NCBI RefSeq assembly: GCF_021869535.1
Contig: NW_026262669.1
Coordinates: 8,804,001 to 8,868,000 of the forward strand
Length of the DNA: 64,000 bases
Reading direction: 5' to 3'
Source of the DNA: Mytilus californianus
Lineage: Eukaryota
Below, piece by piece: positions 1-14,164 of this stretch; the stretch's first letter is position 1; every line of letters begins with the position of its first letter. The notes below the pieces were generated by a model. The model was not told the origin of the DNA. It saw only the letters and a list, made by a program, of their open reading frames with translations, and made no database searches. The position numbers and the translations under genes were made by a program.

Positions 1-135
1 GTAGTATCTGATTCTGTTCCATGTCAATAAGAATGTCAGTATACCAAATAAAACATGTAGTATCTGATTCTGTTCCATGTCGATAAGAATGTCAGTGAAC
101 CAAGTAACACATGTAGTATCTGATTCTGTTTCAGG
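1..135. repeat. 56-bp tandem repeat (at least 2.3 units; runs off the window start)
   Basis: GTAGTATCTGATTCTGTT at 1, 57 and 113; a single copy occurs at ~39672. Confidence 0.85.
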
Positions 136-589
136 TCTTATATATTCTACATAAATAGCAAATACACAACATGGATGTTGATGGATTTGCTTCGTTAGAT
201 GGCGAAATCAACACTATACTAGTAAATATAACTTTATTTTTAAAATGTATAAACTTGTAGAACTGATTTTATCTGACCTCAAACTTTAAAACAACTCGTC
301 AACTTCTTATTAACAGGTAAAATCAAAGTTTTAAAAAATATTTCAGTGCAACAAGACAAATACAATGAGACCCCACTTTTTGATAATCTAACACATATTT
401 GCTGTTGATCAAACATGTCTGATTAACAGCATGATTGTGTGGTATTTCAGAATAAAGTGGAGTAAAATCGGATCTAAATAGTTTAATAAAATATGATTAT
501 GAAAGTAAGGGTGCAATGCAATTTTGTTTAGATAGATTTAAAATGTGTTTTATGAACATGAAGATTGTTTTATGTATGTTTTTTGTACA

Positions 590-1740
590 TGTAGGTAGTT
601 TCTGTTAGACAGCCTGCATAGTCATATTCATACCAGACAAAGAACCAAGACTTGTTATAATGGTTACAAATATTTATTTTCGCTGAAACTTTTCATTAAA
701 TTAAAAATAAAAAACATGAGACGAAAGGCATTTGATTTTTATATGATCAATTGTTGGATAAATGTCAACGTTTTCTGGTTCCAGAAAAGGTACAACATGT
801 ACATGTAAAATATAACTCAGCATGCTCATATTCTCATTTTGACCAAATTTTAGAGAAACATGTGCCTTGTTCATGTCCCTTGGTGTTGCCATTAAGAAAC
901 AATTAAGAAATATAGCACAATTTTACTATAGGAAATCAAGTCTAACAATGTCTAGGCTATACATGGAGATACTAGTGTGATAGTAAAACATGTTATCAGT
1001 GCATTACAAAAACATGCTCAGTAAGATAAACTTGTTAGAAAGCACAAGAGAATTGTTTAAAATTATGAGGATCAATTTTATTTTTGTCCGCAATTGTTTA
1101 TTAATACTTCAAGTACCTATGGCTTTTAAGAAAGCACATACATTGTCAATTATTGATATTTAGATTATCCATCCATTTCTTAGGGGAGTTCTTAAAGGAT
1201 AACAATTTTATCATACATCTTTCCTTTTGTTATCCATTTTAATTCTACTTTAAAAGAAATATGTGAATATCCAAAAGGTAGAAAAATTTAATATAAACAC
1301 TAAAACAGGAAAGATCGAAAGTCTATGAAAATGAATGATGCTCAAGGTTCATTGAATGAGTTATGCCCCTTCATTACCAATAGTTCTGAAGCGGGTCTTA
1401 ATCACTATTAATCAATCAATTTATTCACAGCTCTACAATCAGGCTTGAGGAACGTGTCGCTACAAGACCAAAATATTTCATAAAGACAAGTTATAAGTAA
1501 GGACAGTATAGAAGATCTGGACCATACAATAGATACATGTATTTAAAATAAAATGCATCAGTAAATTAAAATTGTAAATATATAATGTTTCTGTCATGTT
1601 TCACGAGATCTTGAGTTTAATAGTGAATGAACATGTAGTAAGATGATGGGTCATGGTATATATTTTCCATGTGTTCTGACGCTAAGAACATTTTGATATT
1701 TAGTTTTAAATGCTATGATTCAAACTAAAATTCGAAGACA
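590..1740 (+). repeat. Segmental module C (paralogs 8660-9810 and 48055-49110)
   Basis: Shared CCAGAAAAGGTACA, CATCCATTTCT, GTCGCTACAAGACCAA and AGTGAATGAACAT blocks. Confidence 0.85.
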
Positions 1741-2019
1741 AACTTATAACATTTTTTTTTTTTTTTTTTTTTTTTAACTAGTTGTTGATACATCAGATGA
1801 CACTGAGTAAGAGGAAGCTAACAGAGAAAGGTATCAATTTGAAGTTGAAGTTAATCTACTGAATATGAACAATTGATTTAGAATCTCCTAAAGGATCATT
1901 TACCGTAGCTGTATTTGGCAAAAGTTTTAGGATTTTTGGTCCTCTATGCTCTTAAACTTCGTACTTTATTTGGCCTTTTTAACTTTTTTGGATTCGAGCG
2001 TCACTGAAGAGTAATTAGC

Positions 2020-5000
2020 AGTGGTGTGTATATCATAGAACTTTACTGATAAAAGGTCAGTGAATTTAAATGGGCTTCACCTTGATGGTGTATAAATGTA
2101 TCAATTAATGATGTATGGATGGATCAGGATGCCTAAGCAATTGTGTATGAGTTAATGAGGATTAATAACTAGTGTAGTATAATTCATCACCAGTGGAGTT
2201 TGGATTTATGAGGATTGATATTCAAAAATACATTAATTTATCAGCCTACATAATCAGTTGCGTGTGAATTTAACATGATACATCAGTGGTGTAAGTTCAT
2301 TGAGGTTCACCATCAGCATGACCAATGGTGTGTTATATATGAGTACTTATTATAAGAGAAGTGTGAATTTACGAGGATTTTTCATCAGTGAAGTGTGAAT
2401 GTTAATTTCAATTTCAAATGTGTGTGAATTAAAATGACTTTACCATAGAAGTACTGTTAATTTTAATTTGACTCTGCCCTAAGTGGTGAGTGAATGTATG
2501 GGGCATTCATCCGCAGTGATGTTTGATTGTATGGGGATTCATACAGTGGTAAGTACATTTATAAAGATTTATTACCAGTTGTGTGTATATTTATGAGGAT
2601 TCTTCGTCAGTGAATTGGGAATTTATCAGGAGTCAGTGTCAGCGTAAAATTTATTCAGAACTGTCAGTTTTAAAAAAAAAGAAATGTAAATGAAAATGAT
2701 ATGTAATGGATTCAGAAGGACGACATGAACATATGTGATCCAATTTTATATAATTCTAAAATGTCCTTGATACTATTAACATACAATTGACATAAGATGT
2801 GTTGAATTAATATTATTTGCATTAAAATGTTAACACAACATTGCATCATCAAATTCTTAGTAGCAAGTAAAATCAGATGCTAACAAAATTATGTTTACGT
2901 CAGAAAGCTAAATAGGTATCTGAATAAGTACGATGAGATACGTAGAAATAAGATAAAACTTTACAACAATTGTTATTTATATCGGTTGTCCTCTAAACAA
3001 GCAAACTGAATGTTTACAAAATTATGTGTATGTCATAAACCCAAAGAGGTCATGCCAGGAAAAAACGTGCAGAATTTGAAAATCTTGTTCAACAAACATT
3101 TTTGAAAAAAATGTCTGATTGCATTGTTTACACTTTGTTTGAGGAAAATGTCATTTTTAATAGTCATCTTGGGTTATTATGGTTGGAAAATTGAGTTTTC
3201 GGTTAATTACCGAGATTATTTTCTCATGAAAAACAGTCAACAACCAAAAAATAATACATATTCTAAAAGATGACGATGAGTACATCATGAAATAATCATA
3301 ACATCTCATGTATATGTTTGTATGTAAATTATCGTATGCATTAAATCGTCTGAAAATGGTAGTTTGTTTTCAATTTTATTTAAGCATATTAAACATGATG
3401 CTCTTCAATTTGAAGACCGTTAAAGGTTGTCATGTGTTGATGTAAATATGGTAAAAATGAACTGATGTTGCACATTTTGATACATATTCAAACATCCTAA
3501 TATGATTAAACATTGTGTGTTGTTTTGAAACGTATTTCTAATGGTAACAAAGAAAAAAAAAAAAAAAAACATTTACTTATTTTTACAGTTATATATTCAT
3601 TTTTTATTCACAAGATATTGGAAATAATATCATATGAAAGATCAAATTAGTTCAACTTAAAATTTAAAAAAAAAAGTAAATTTCATATATTTCCTTATTA
3701 AATGAGAACAATTTTTATATAATATTTAGTGAAAAAACACATTTGAGTTGAGACTAATAATACTGAGAATAAAAATACTTTAAATGATACCGGTTTTATA
3801 TAATTTGATGCAAAGGAAATCGCTTTATGTCAAAACATGTCAATTTTGCATGTCTAAAAGTGTAGATCTTTGGCAAAAAAAGGGAAACGTTTAACTTTTG
3901 AGACTTCAGATTTAATTCATCATACATGTTTCATTCAAGAAACTTCAGAATTTCTGGGTATCTCTCTAGCCACGTGCAAAAACAGTAAAAATGATCTATA
4001 TATGACCTATGATTGAAGAATAGCAATCTAAAGTGATTTCTTCATGAACAAAATAATCTCTCTAACTTAAGGTTGACAATCTCTTTTCATAACTGTTCAT
4101 AACTATTTCCTTACTATCCCTAACATGAGTCCTGCAAAAATAGGATCGAATTTATAATACATGTGTATTGTAGTCATGTTTTACAAACAAACAAAAAATG
4201 ATCTTATTCAACATTCTTGAAAAGGTCTTTCAGCAAAATACTTTTGTTTATATTTATAGCTTTATCTTTTTTTTTATTTCAGATGACTGAACACGATGAA
4301 AAAAACACGAATAAAGCTGTTACCAATTTAGGTCTTTCAAAATGACCAACAACATTTCAATATGTTTCAAATTATGGTTTGCATAACTTGACTAGTGTTA
4401 ATATTTTTAAGGCAAAAACAAGTAGAAACGATCAAATATTATATTTACCGGTAATGTATTTGCAAATGGAACAATATATATTTAAAAACTAAGAACAAAA
4501 AAAAATAAATGAAAAACAATTTAAGGTTTTTACTAAAAAAAATGTCCAGCCAAAAAAAAATGACACACTGTGTGTCAATTTGGTGAGTCCATGGTAATTT
4601 TGTATTGTACTTTCTTATGTTTGTTCTAAATTCTATTGTTCAAATAAACAAATAGTTATAATATTCAGACTGTAACTAAGTATTTGTCATATTTTATGTT
4701 GCCCAGTTATCCATCTCATGAAAGTAGGAGTTGTGATATGTTTGCCAGTGATCTACCACAGTTCTCGTTGTGCCATTTTCACTTCAGTAACTTTTTAGAT
4801 TTTAGTTTGAATCAGGGTCATTGTGACTTAAGGCAACAATCAGCTGTAGCCACACTCTGATTTGTGTATGGTCCTAGTGTTGAAGATAAAACGTCCTTCT
4901 GGTTCCAAAGGTTTAGAAGAACCTGCTATCATGACAGATAATAAAAATAAGAAGATTTGGTATGATTACATTGAGAATATTATTCGCCATCAGAGACGTT

Positions 5001-5990
5001 AACAACTATATGTCACTGTTCGGCCATCAACAAAGCCAAAGACCCTTACGGCATAGACTGGTGTTGTCAAGGAGAGTCTTTTTTTTACAATTTGTCGCCA
5101 TTAACTACATCGTATATGACAAAATTGTAAAAAAAAATGTGTATACTTATGTATTTATATAGCAATTTTAATTTTTGCCCTCTGCATAGGCTTGAAATGT
5201 ACTATCCCACCCATGCACTTGAAAGAGGTAAAGTCACAGGAAATGATATTAATTTAGACCACATGTGAATGTTTTTAAAATCATTTATAAACAAATTAAT
5301 AAGTCTGTCATGAGTTAAACTAAAAGGATGCATTAAGCAATATTTTCTTGGGGAAAATCTGTGTTTCGACATGTATTTTTATTGGTCATAATTAATAACA
5401 ATACAGTACAAAGTTATATGGTGCTCGATGTGTATCAATCTATCAATATAATTAGGTAAACACTGGTTTATTAATGAACACAATGATGTCAGTGCTCTTA
5501 ACTAAAGTAGCCCTTGGTCAAACGTTTGACATTTCTCTCTCCGTCCCACAATGGACCACAGGGGCTCGATCATGTTAAGGGGAGGGGATCTTAACAAATT
5601 TTGATATAATTAATGAGATAAAGAGCAGGGGCAGGACTTCAAGCGAAAGAAATCATTTGCGTACTGAAACAAAATTGTCATGGCAATTGATAATATATAC
5701 AGTTTAGAGTTGAGGATGTGAATTGTTTTCAAGATCTTTTAAGTTATATATGATATAAATCGAGCAAGACATGTCACGGAAGGGACAAACTATGTTGAAC
5801 TAGACAGGTTTTATCAATCGAATGAGACTATGAATGGTTAAAGGAAGGAGATCTGTATCATTTTTGAAATATTTACTGACTTACTTTATTAGGGGGCGGG
5901 ACATGATCTGAAGGTACACATTTTTAGTTGCAATGAAACGGTCTATCATGCACATACTGTTAAATCAGAAATGTTTGTAGTTAAGTGATG
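2020..5990 (+). repeat. Segmental duplication B, copy 1 (paralog 41390-46700; partial paralogs 25025-27590, 14930-16380 and 50090-51600)
   Basis: Shared blocks such as GTATCAATTAATGATGTATGGATGGATCAGGATGCC (2098, 41470), TTTCAGATGACTGAAC and AGAAGAACCTGCTATCATG occur in the same order. Confidence 0.85.
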
Positions 5991-6009
5991 TGTTATTTTA
6001 ACAGGGTTT

Positions 6010-7200
6010 ATCTTCAGGGTTGTTTGAATTTATATGGGGTTCATCATTGTCGGTATGGGAATCTATGATGATTCGTAATCAGTTCTGAAATGATACAGTT
6101 TTATAAGTATTGTTGTTGGAAGTAACAAAGATTCATCTGTTTGATGTGTAAATTAGTAAGGATTCACTGTCGGGGATGTGTGAATTAAAAAGGAAATATA
6201 ATCAGTGGTGTGTGAACTAATGAGGTTCGCAATCAATGAAGTATAAATTTATTAGGATTCACAATCAGTGAAGTGTAAATTTATCAAAGTTTATCATCTG
6301 CGGCGTTTGAATTTATAATGATGCACAATCTGTAAAAATGTTACTATATCTCCATTCATAATCAGTGTTGTGTGAATTTATCAGGATTCATCAATGGATT
6401 AAGGATTTATCAGGATTCATAATTAGTGATGAAATTCCTTGAATTTGAAGGGATTCACCTTCGGTAGTCTGTGAAATAAAAAAGGCCTCACAATCAGTGG
6501 TGCGTGAATTTAAGACGGATCATCAGTATTGGTGTGTTAAACGGATTGAATATCAGTGGTGTGTATATCATAGTACTTTAACAATAGAGTGTCAGTAAAT
6601 TCCACTGATGGTTTGAGAATGTATCAGGATTCACCGCTAATTGTGTGTCAATTAATGAGGATTCATTTTCAGTGAAGTAGAAATTTGATATAATTCATCT
6701 TTAGTGCAGTTTGAATGTATGATGAAAGATAATCTAAAGTTTATTAATTTATCAGGATGCGTGTGAATTTAACATGATACATCAATGGTACTTGTTTATT
6801 GAGGTTCACCATCAGTGCACCGACCCCCCCCCCCCCCCCCCTTCGCCATCAGCATGACCAATAGTGTGTTGGTCTATGAAGATTTGTCATACATGATTTT
6901 GAGTTGCCGAGGATGCATCACTAGGATGTGTATTTATTATAACTGAAGTGTGAATTAACGATGATTGTTAATCAGTGAAGTGTGAATGTTAATTTCAATG
7001 TCAGTTGTGTGTGAATTAGGATTTACCCTGAGTGGTGTGTGAATATATGGGGGATTCATAAGCAGTAAGATGTGATTTGATGAAGATTCATGTAGTGGTA
7101 TGCACATGTATGAAGGTTCATTATCAGTTGTGTGTATATTTATGAGGATTCATCATTATTGAATTGGGAATTTATAAGGAGTTAGTATCAGTGTAAACTT
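6010..7200. repeat. Degenerate 31-32-bp satellite-like array (consensus ~ATCAGTGGTGTGTGAATTTATGAGGATTCATC)
   Basis: Periodic CAGTG..GTGAATTTAT..GGATTCA. Further tracts occur at 2020-2660, 11620-11870, 22920-23960, 41250-42030, 51640-51960 and 61030-62080. Confidence 0.8.
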
Positions 7201-10200
7201 CCTTCAGAACTGTTAGTTTTTAAAAAAAAACAAGTGTTACAAAAAAAAACATAAAGAAAAAAAACAAAAATTTATATGGAATCAGAACTGTCCGTTTTTA
7301 ATAGAATTAAGAAATAAAAAAAAAACATATCTGAATTAACATGTCATCATCAAATTCTTTTTAGCAAGTAAATGGCTTACACAATTATGTTCATGTCATA
7401 AATCGTTAGAAGCCATGCTAGAGAAAACCAGGCATAACTTGAAAATCTTGTTCAACAAGAATTTACGGGAAAAAAATCTGTTTGCATTAAGTGCACTCTG
7501 TTTTGTAGGGAAATGTCATTGTTAACACTCATCTTGGGTTATTGTGGTTAGATATTTGATTTTAATTTTTCAGTAGATTTGACTGCCTATATAGCGAATT
7601 ACGGGTCTTATTTTCTTAACACAAACAGTCTACTATAACAGAAAATAATACTTATTCTAAATACTGACGATAAGTACATCAGAAAATGATAATAATATCT
7701 CTGGTATTTGTTGATATGTAAATTAACTTATGCATTAAGTTGTCTGGAAGTAGTACTTTGTTTTTATCTTTTTGGTATTACTTAACAGTACTAAACACGA
7801 TGCTTTGAAATGTTGTGATGTTTTGATGTAAACATGGTAAAAATGAATTTTTGTTGCACATTTTGATATATATTTAAACATCCTAATATGATTACACATT
7901 GTGTGCTGTTTGGAAACGTATGTCCTCACAAGGAGATCTTAGACGGAGATTGTAGCATGTCTACATGTGATAATGAAATCTTAGAAACTTAGACACATTC
8001 TGTACATGATTATAGATAAAGGTATAGCATTTATTACACATGGATTAATAGTCATACGTTTATTTGTTTTTGATGATAAAGTGGGAAATCTTACAGTCCA
8101 CACAACCATACAACAATACTTGGGTCCATCACCGACTATGGACACCAAAGAAAGATGTAAATGCCATAATCCTAGGCATTTGGAAAAAGGAAGGAGAATC
8201 ACTTTGAATCAGTTAAAACAGGTACATATAGTTCTAATTTATTATCGGCTGTAAAGAGAGTTCCGTTCCTGCAAACAAGAAATTAAAAAAAAAAATTGAA
8301 ATTATTACTGACATAAATTGATCCAAATAGGAATCATACATTTGCATTTTGGGCTCACTGACCAGGTTCAGTTTTCACTATGATCCTGAAAGATATTTTA
8401 CAATGCAATTATGTTTAGATAGCTAAAACAAATGCATTGCCGCCTGCAAAGAAGCTATAAAACCAGGTTTAATCCACCATTTTCTACACAAGAAAACGTC
8501 TGTACCAAATCAGGAATACTACAGTTGTTTTCCATTCGTTTGATGTGTTTAAGCTTTTGATTTTGCCAATTGTTCAGGGACTTTCCGCTTTGAATTTTCC
8601 TTGGTGGTCGGTTTTTTTGTTGATTTACTTTTTATGAACATCAAGATTGTTTTTTGTATGTTTGTTATGGATAGTTTCTGCTTGACAGCCTGTATTTTCA
8701 TATCCATACCAGAGATAGGATCAAAATTTATTGCAATGGTAACAAACGTTTCTCTTCCCACGAACGTTTCCATTTAATTTGATATGAAGAATGAGTTGAA
8801 AAGCATCTGATTTTCATTTAATTTGATTGATGGATAAATGTCAAAGTTTTCAGATTCCAGAAAAGGTACACAATGTACATGTACACTATACCTTATCATG
8901 TTCATGTTCTAATGTTGACCAAATTTTAGGGAATCATGTGTCATTTTCATGTCCCTTTGTGTTGCCATTGATAAACATTAAAGTAATATAGCACTTGTTT
9001 AACTATCGGAAATCCAATCTAGCAATGTCTAAGCTATGCATGAATATACTGGTATGATAGTCGAACTTTTCCACACAGTATGACACAAACATGTACTGTA
9101 AGCTTAATTTGTTAAAAAGCACAACAAGAGAATTGTTTAAAATTATGAGGGTAAATTCTTTTTTTGTCCACAATTGTAAAATGCTACATGTACCTATAGC
9201 TTCTTCGAAAGCACAACTATTGGACTGTAATTGATATTTAGATTATCCATCCATTTCTGATGGGAGGTCTTAAAGGATGGCAATCTTATCATACACTTTT
9301 TTTCTTTTTTCTATGTCAGTCTTACTTTAAACATGTTAAAAGAAATATGTGAAAAATTTCATATACAAATATTGAAACAGGAAAGATTTAAATCCTATGA
9401 AAATGAATGATGCTCAGTGTTCATTGAATGAGTTATACCCCTTCATGACCAATAGTGCTGACACGGGACTTAATCATTACCAATCAATCAGTCCCTTCAG
9501 AGCTCTACAATAAGGCTTGTATAATTTGTCGCTACAAGACCAACATATCTCAAAAGACAAATTATAAGTAAGGACAGTATAGAAGATCTGGATCATACAA
9601 TAGATACATGTATTTAAAATGGATGCATACGTACATCAAAATTGTAAATCTCTAACAAGATCTTCAGTTTAATAGTAAATGAACATGTAGTAAGATGATA
9701 GGTCATGGTATATATTTTCCATGTGTTCTGACGCTAACAAAATTATGATATTTAATTGTAAATGCAAAGTTCCAAATTCAAATTCCAAAAAAACTTATAA
9801 CATTTTATGATTATTTTTTAAACTGGTTGATGACACTGACTAAGAGGAAGCTATAATAGAGAGAAAGATATCAATTTGAAGTTGAAATTAATCTACTGAA
9901 TATAAAAAAAAAATAATTTAGAATCTCCTAAAGGTGCATTTACATTCATTAAGACGGAGTCTACACCATGTAAGAAAAAGTATGTGGATTGATCCGAATC
10001 TAAAATCCCTGCATAATGCACATCAAAATTAAAATGAGCACATGATACGCCCATCGCCCTTTTTGCTCATCTTTATGCTTTAAGGATGTACTCAGGTGAC
10101 AAAATCTGGAATTTAAAATTGATACTTTAAATCAGAAGTGCATTAGTTAAGGAACAAAATAAAAGCAATACAGTACAAAGTTATAATGTTCCACGATGTG

Positions 10201-10792
10201 TATCAATCTGTTTAAGAATTAAGTAAAAACTGGTTTATAAATAAACACATTGGAAATCTATGCCAGTCGACTGGTATGCGTTCTACATTGTGTTTATAGC
10301 GGACAATGTAGAACACATATCTGTCGACTAGCATATATTACCGCCCAAAAAAATCTATGATACGAGCCAATGTGCACGGTCAAGATCTATCGTCATGGCA
10401 CATGTCAGTTCAAAATATATCAGGTTAAGGTGTGGGGATCTAAACAATTGTTGATATAATAAATGAGAAGAGGTCAGGGGCATGACCCAAGCAAAAGAAA
10501 TATATTGTGTACTGAAACAGAATAGTCATGGCAATTAAGAATGTATATATACAAATAAGAGTTGAGGATGTGAATAGTTTTCAAGATCTTTTTAGTTTCA
10601 CAATTATGATATAAATGGAGCAAGGCATGTACTTTTCAAAATAATAAATATTTTTTGTGTATCGATTGGTTCTTTTATATGAAACTAACATAAACACAGC
10701 TTGTTCTTGTCATCTTCTTCTTAATACATTTGATCACATATTAACAATAAGAAACGAATTGCAGTAAACCAAATAAAACATGTATAATGTGA

Positions 10793-11017
10793 TTCCATAG
10801 CTTTTATATTCTACATAAACAACAAATACACAACATGTTCCATAGCTTGTATATTCTACATAAACAACAAATACACAACATGTTCCATAGCGTGTATATT
10901 CTACATAAACAACAAATACACAACATATTCCATAGCTTGTATATTCTACATAAACAACAAATACACAACATGTTCCATAGCTTGTTTATTCTACATAAAC
11001 AACAAATACACCACATG
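10793..11017. repeat. 45-bp tandem repeat, ~5 units
   Basis: TTCCATAGCTTGTATATTCTACATAAACAACAAATACACAACATG starts at 10793, 10838, 10883, 10928 and 10973. Confidence 0.92.
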
Positions 11018-11358
11018 TTTGTTGAAGGCTTTTTTTCGTTAAATGGCGAAAACAGCACTATCCTAGTAAACACAACTTTATTTTAGAAATGTACACATTT
11101 GTAGAACTGATAGAATCTGACCGTAAACTTTTAAACAACTCGTTAACTTCTTATTTACAAGTGAAATCAAAGTTTAAGAAATATTTGTGTTGTCAGAAAA
11201 CAAAATATTTAGTCAATGCAATTAGACAAGTACAATTTGAACCCATTTTTGTTATAATCCAAAACATATTTGTTGTTGATAAATCTATTTGATTAACGAC
11301 ATGATAGTGTAATGATTCAGAATAAAGCGTATTAGACTAAGGAAATCAAATATATCAG

Positions 11359-11456
11359 TGCATTGCCCTTGCTTCTTTACCACAGCCGATTGTGACCAGG
11401 AAACTGACAATCTGCTGGTATCCTCAAGGGAGCAATTGATAATGTGGCCATCCAAT
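11359..11456 (-). pseudogene. Decayed ankyrin-repeat exon
   Basis: The reverse strand reads IGW-P-LSIA---GYQQIVSFLVTIGCGKEARAM with small deletions. The acceptor is AA instead of AG and the donor CTGATA instead of GTGATA; the flanking intron sequence is homologous to that of the 59147 exon. Confidence 0.75.
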
Positions 11457-12247
11457 TTGTAATATTAACATATAACACAAATCAAATATTGTGTTTAAAA
11501 GTGGACAATGTGGTGTACAAATGTAACTGCAATATATATATCACATGTATCAATAGTTAAACTGAATAAGATGATCAGTTACTCTTCAAATTTAGGTCTA
11601 CATAAACTACAAGGTGTCATTTTATAAGGATTCATACAGCGGAATGTACATTTATAAAGATTCATTATCAGATGTGTGTATATTTATGAGGATTCATACA
11701 GTGGAATGCACATGTATAAAGATTCATTATCAGATGTGTGTATATTTATGAGTATTCATACAATGGAATGTACTTTATAAAGATTCTTCATCAGTTGTGT
11801 GTATATTTATGAGATTTCATCATTAGTAAACTGGGAATTTATGAGGAGTCAGTGTCAGTGTGAACTTTCTTCAGATCTGTCCGTTTAAAAAAAGAAAGAA
11901 TGTAAAAAAATATGATTCATTCAATTGAATGAGAAGGACGACAGGACAAAAAGATATGATCCAACTTGATATAATTCTAAAATGTCTTTGATATCATTAA
12001 CATATAATTGACATAAGATCTGTTTAATTAATATTATCTGAATTAAGATGTAAACACAACATGTTTTCATCAAATTCTTATTAGCAAGTAAAATCAGATG
12101 CTTACAAAATTATGTTTATGTCAGAAACCTTAATAAGCCATGCCAGAGAAAACCAGACAGAACATGAAAAACTTGTTCAGCAAGCATATTTGGAAAAATA
12201 TCTGTTTGCATTCTAAGCACTCTGTTGTGTAGTGAAATGTAAGATTA

Positions 12248-14164
12248 TAAAATCAAATTTATTGCACTATTTGCTGTTATAATAAGTACTATGTCTCCAG
12301 TATTTGATAGGGCACCCCTGTAAGGTTAGTTTTAAATCCTACTATGAAATTTTTGAAGGTTAGGATATGATGACTAATTTTAACTGTATCTAACAGTGTT
12401 TTGACTTTTTCCCAAAAGGCTTTAAACTATTGACATTCCAAAAGAAACTGTTTATAATCTTCTGTTTCATTACATATGTTACATTTACTGTCTTCTTTTA
12501 TCTTCCATTGACAAAAGCAGTTGTGTACAAGGACTGATATGATGCAGCAATGTCCATCTAAATATTTTTAATCTGTTTACAGTAAAAACAAATTGTATCA
12601 TTGATTTAATTAAAATTTAAGAGTCTAAATTTAGTACACTTTTCCATTTTAAGAAACCTGGAGGCATGTCTTCAGTTCTAGTATTATTAACGCGTGTATA
12701 TATCTGTTTTGTTTCTATTACTTGTAAACATGTTATCTTATGTTTTTCCTTTGTCGTAATGCATAGTTTAAGTTTATTTTTTACTTAAGATTTTATCGAT
12801 GTTTCTGATTTGAGTATCTTTAACCAATCATTTGGTTTAGATAATTTTGTTTTTGATGAATGTTCAAAATTTAGATTGGATTTTGAGGATACTTTATTAG
12901 ATATTATATCTTGAGAGATGTTACCATTCTAGTCAATAATATCATTAATATATATAATACCATCTTTTATCCATTGTATACAAACTAAACACTTTCCTTG
13001 AAACTTTATCATTGTGTTTCCCCATCAGATTTGCTGTCTAATGTTTTTAAAATTCAAAGTGAATTTGACATTATTTAAAATTTGTACTTTGAACAAGGAC
13101 TTTACAATTTCTAAGTAACAGTTTGGTAAAGTTTTATGTAGGTTTTGTATGGAATAAAAATTGACCGGATCCATGTAAAGTAACATAAAATCAGCACCAA
13201 ATTTATTAAAGTAAAAACATTCCAGTTGGCAAAATTATTTGCTGTTAGTCTTTTGACCCATTCTATTTATAGTGCAGTTATATAATTGTCTGTATCTGTC
13301 ATCTCAAGACCTCCATCAGTAGTATATTTGCTTAGTATCGTTCGTTTTACTTTTTTGTTTTCCCTTCCCAAAATACCTTCGTCAGATTTAAGACATAATA
13401 GACCATGCAGAAAAGTTTAATATTGAAGGATCAGTGTTCTTCATAGATTTTTCCAAAGTCTTTGACTCATTGGAATGGCCATTTATGTATGAAGCACTAA
13501 CGAAATTTGGACTTCCAAATCCTTTTCAAAAAATGGGTTAAAACTCTGTATAAAGATATAAAAGGTTGTATGTTGAACAATGGGTGGGTCTCATCATCCT
13601 ACCACATTAAACGCGGTATTAGGCAAGTCTGAACGTTAAGTTCCCTGATGTTTGTTATTGCTGTAGAAATTGTGTAATGCAGGAACGGACAAAATTCCAA
13701 CATCAAAGGTTTTCAGATTAAACTTGATACTAAAATTCATTGTTTAAATATCTCACTTTTAGCCGACGACACAACACTTGTTTTCTAAAATCGAAAAATG
13801 AAGTACGTCACACTCTTAATATCATTGAAATCTTTGGAACACTATCAAGTTAAAAACTAAACAGATAGAAAACAGAGGGCATTTGACTGTAAAAATTAAA
13901 ACATTTGAACTATAAGTTCATAAATATAATATGGAATACAGGACCAATTAAAAGTCTAGAAGTTTCTTTTGGAACAAATCGAGCTGAATGCAATAAGCTT
14001 AATACTGAAAAAATAATACAAAAATGTGACAAATTAATAAGCAATTTGAAAAAGAGAAATCTTACAATGATAGGTAAAAAAACAATTGCAAAATCTCCTA
14101 TTATACCAAACCTTACATATATAGCTACAGTCACAAACCTACCACATGCATTTATTCAAAATAT
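12248..14164 (-). mobile_element. 5'-truncated, 5'-inverted L1/Tx1-like LINE with 8-bp TSD (TAAGATTA)
   Basis: The minus-strand part 13374-12248 encodes a decayed post-RT ORF2 (WEGKTKKVKRTIL..DGGLEMTD..WVKRL..WGNTMIKFQG..QWIKDGIIYINDII) and ends AATAAATTTGATTTTA. The plus-strand part 13375-14164 encodes a decayed RT (IDFSKVFDSLEWPFM..KRGIRQ..LLADDTT..RNLTMIGKKTIAKS). TAAGATTA occurs at 12240-12247 and 14165-14172, and the host module resumes on both sides. Confidence 0.85.

Noticed and set aside
4790-4925. Possible minus-strand exon SSKLLEPEALFIFNTCTIYKSECGYSRLL shared by module B copies
   Set aside because: Weak acceptor, stops in every copy, and no recognisable domain; it cannot be supported without a search.
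6010-7200. 31-32-bp satellite as a derivative of the ankyrin TPL motif (reverse strand ACACCACTGATG = TPLM)
   Set aside because: Only ~12 nt of similarity, a period not divisible by 3, and stops in all frames.
10793-11017. CRISPR-like regular arrays (here, 34746-34955 and the 13-mer arrays)
   Set aside because: Head-to-tail repeats without unique spacers, no cas genes, and a eukaryotic context.
10804-11086. Cys-rich and His/Gln-rich 15-aa repeat ORFs on both strands
   Set aside because: Produced by the 45-bp tandem amplification of an intronic motif; no splice or start context.
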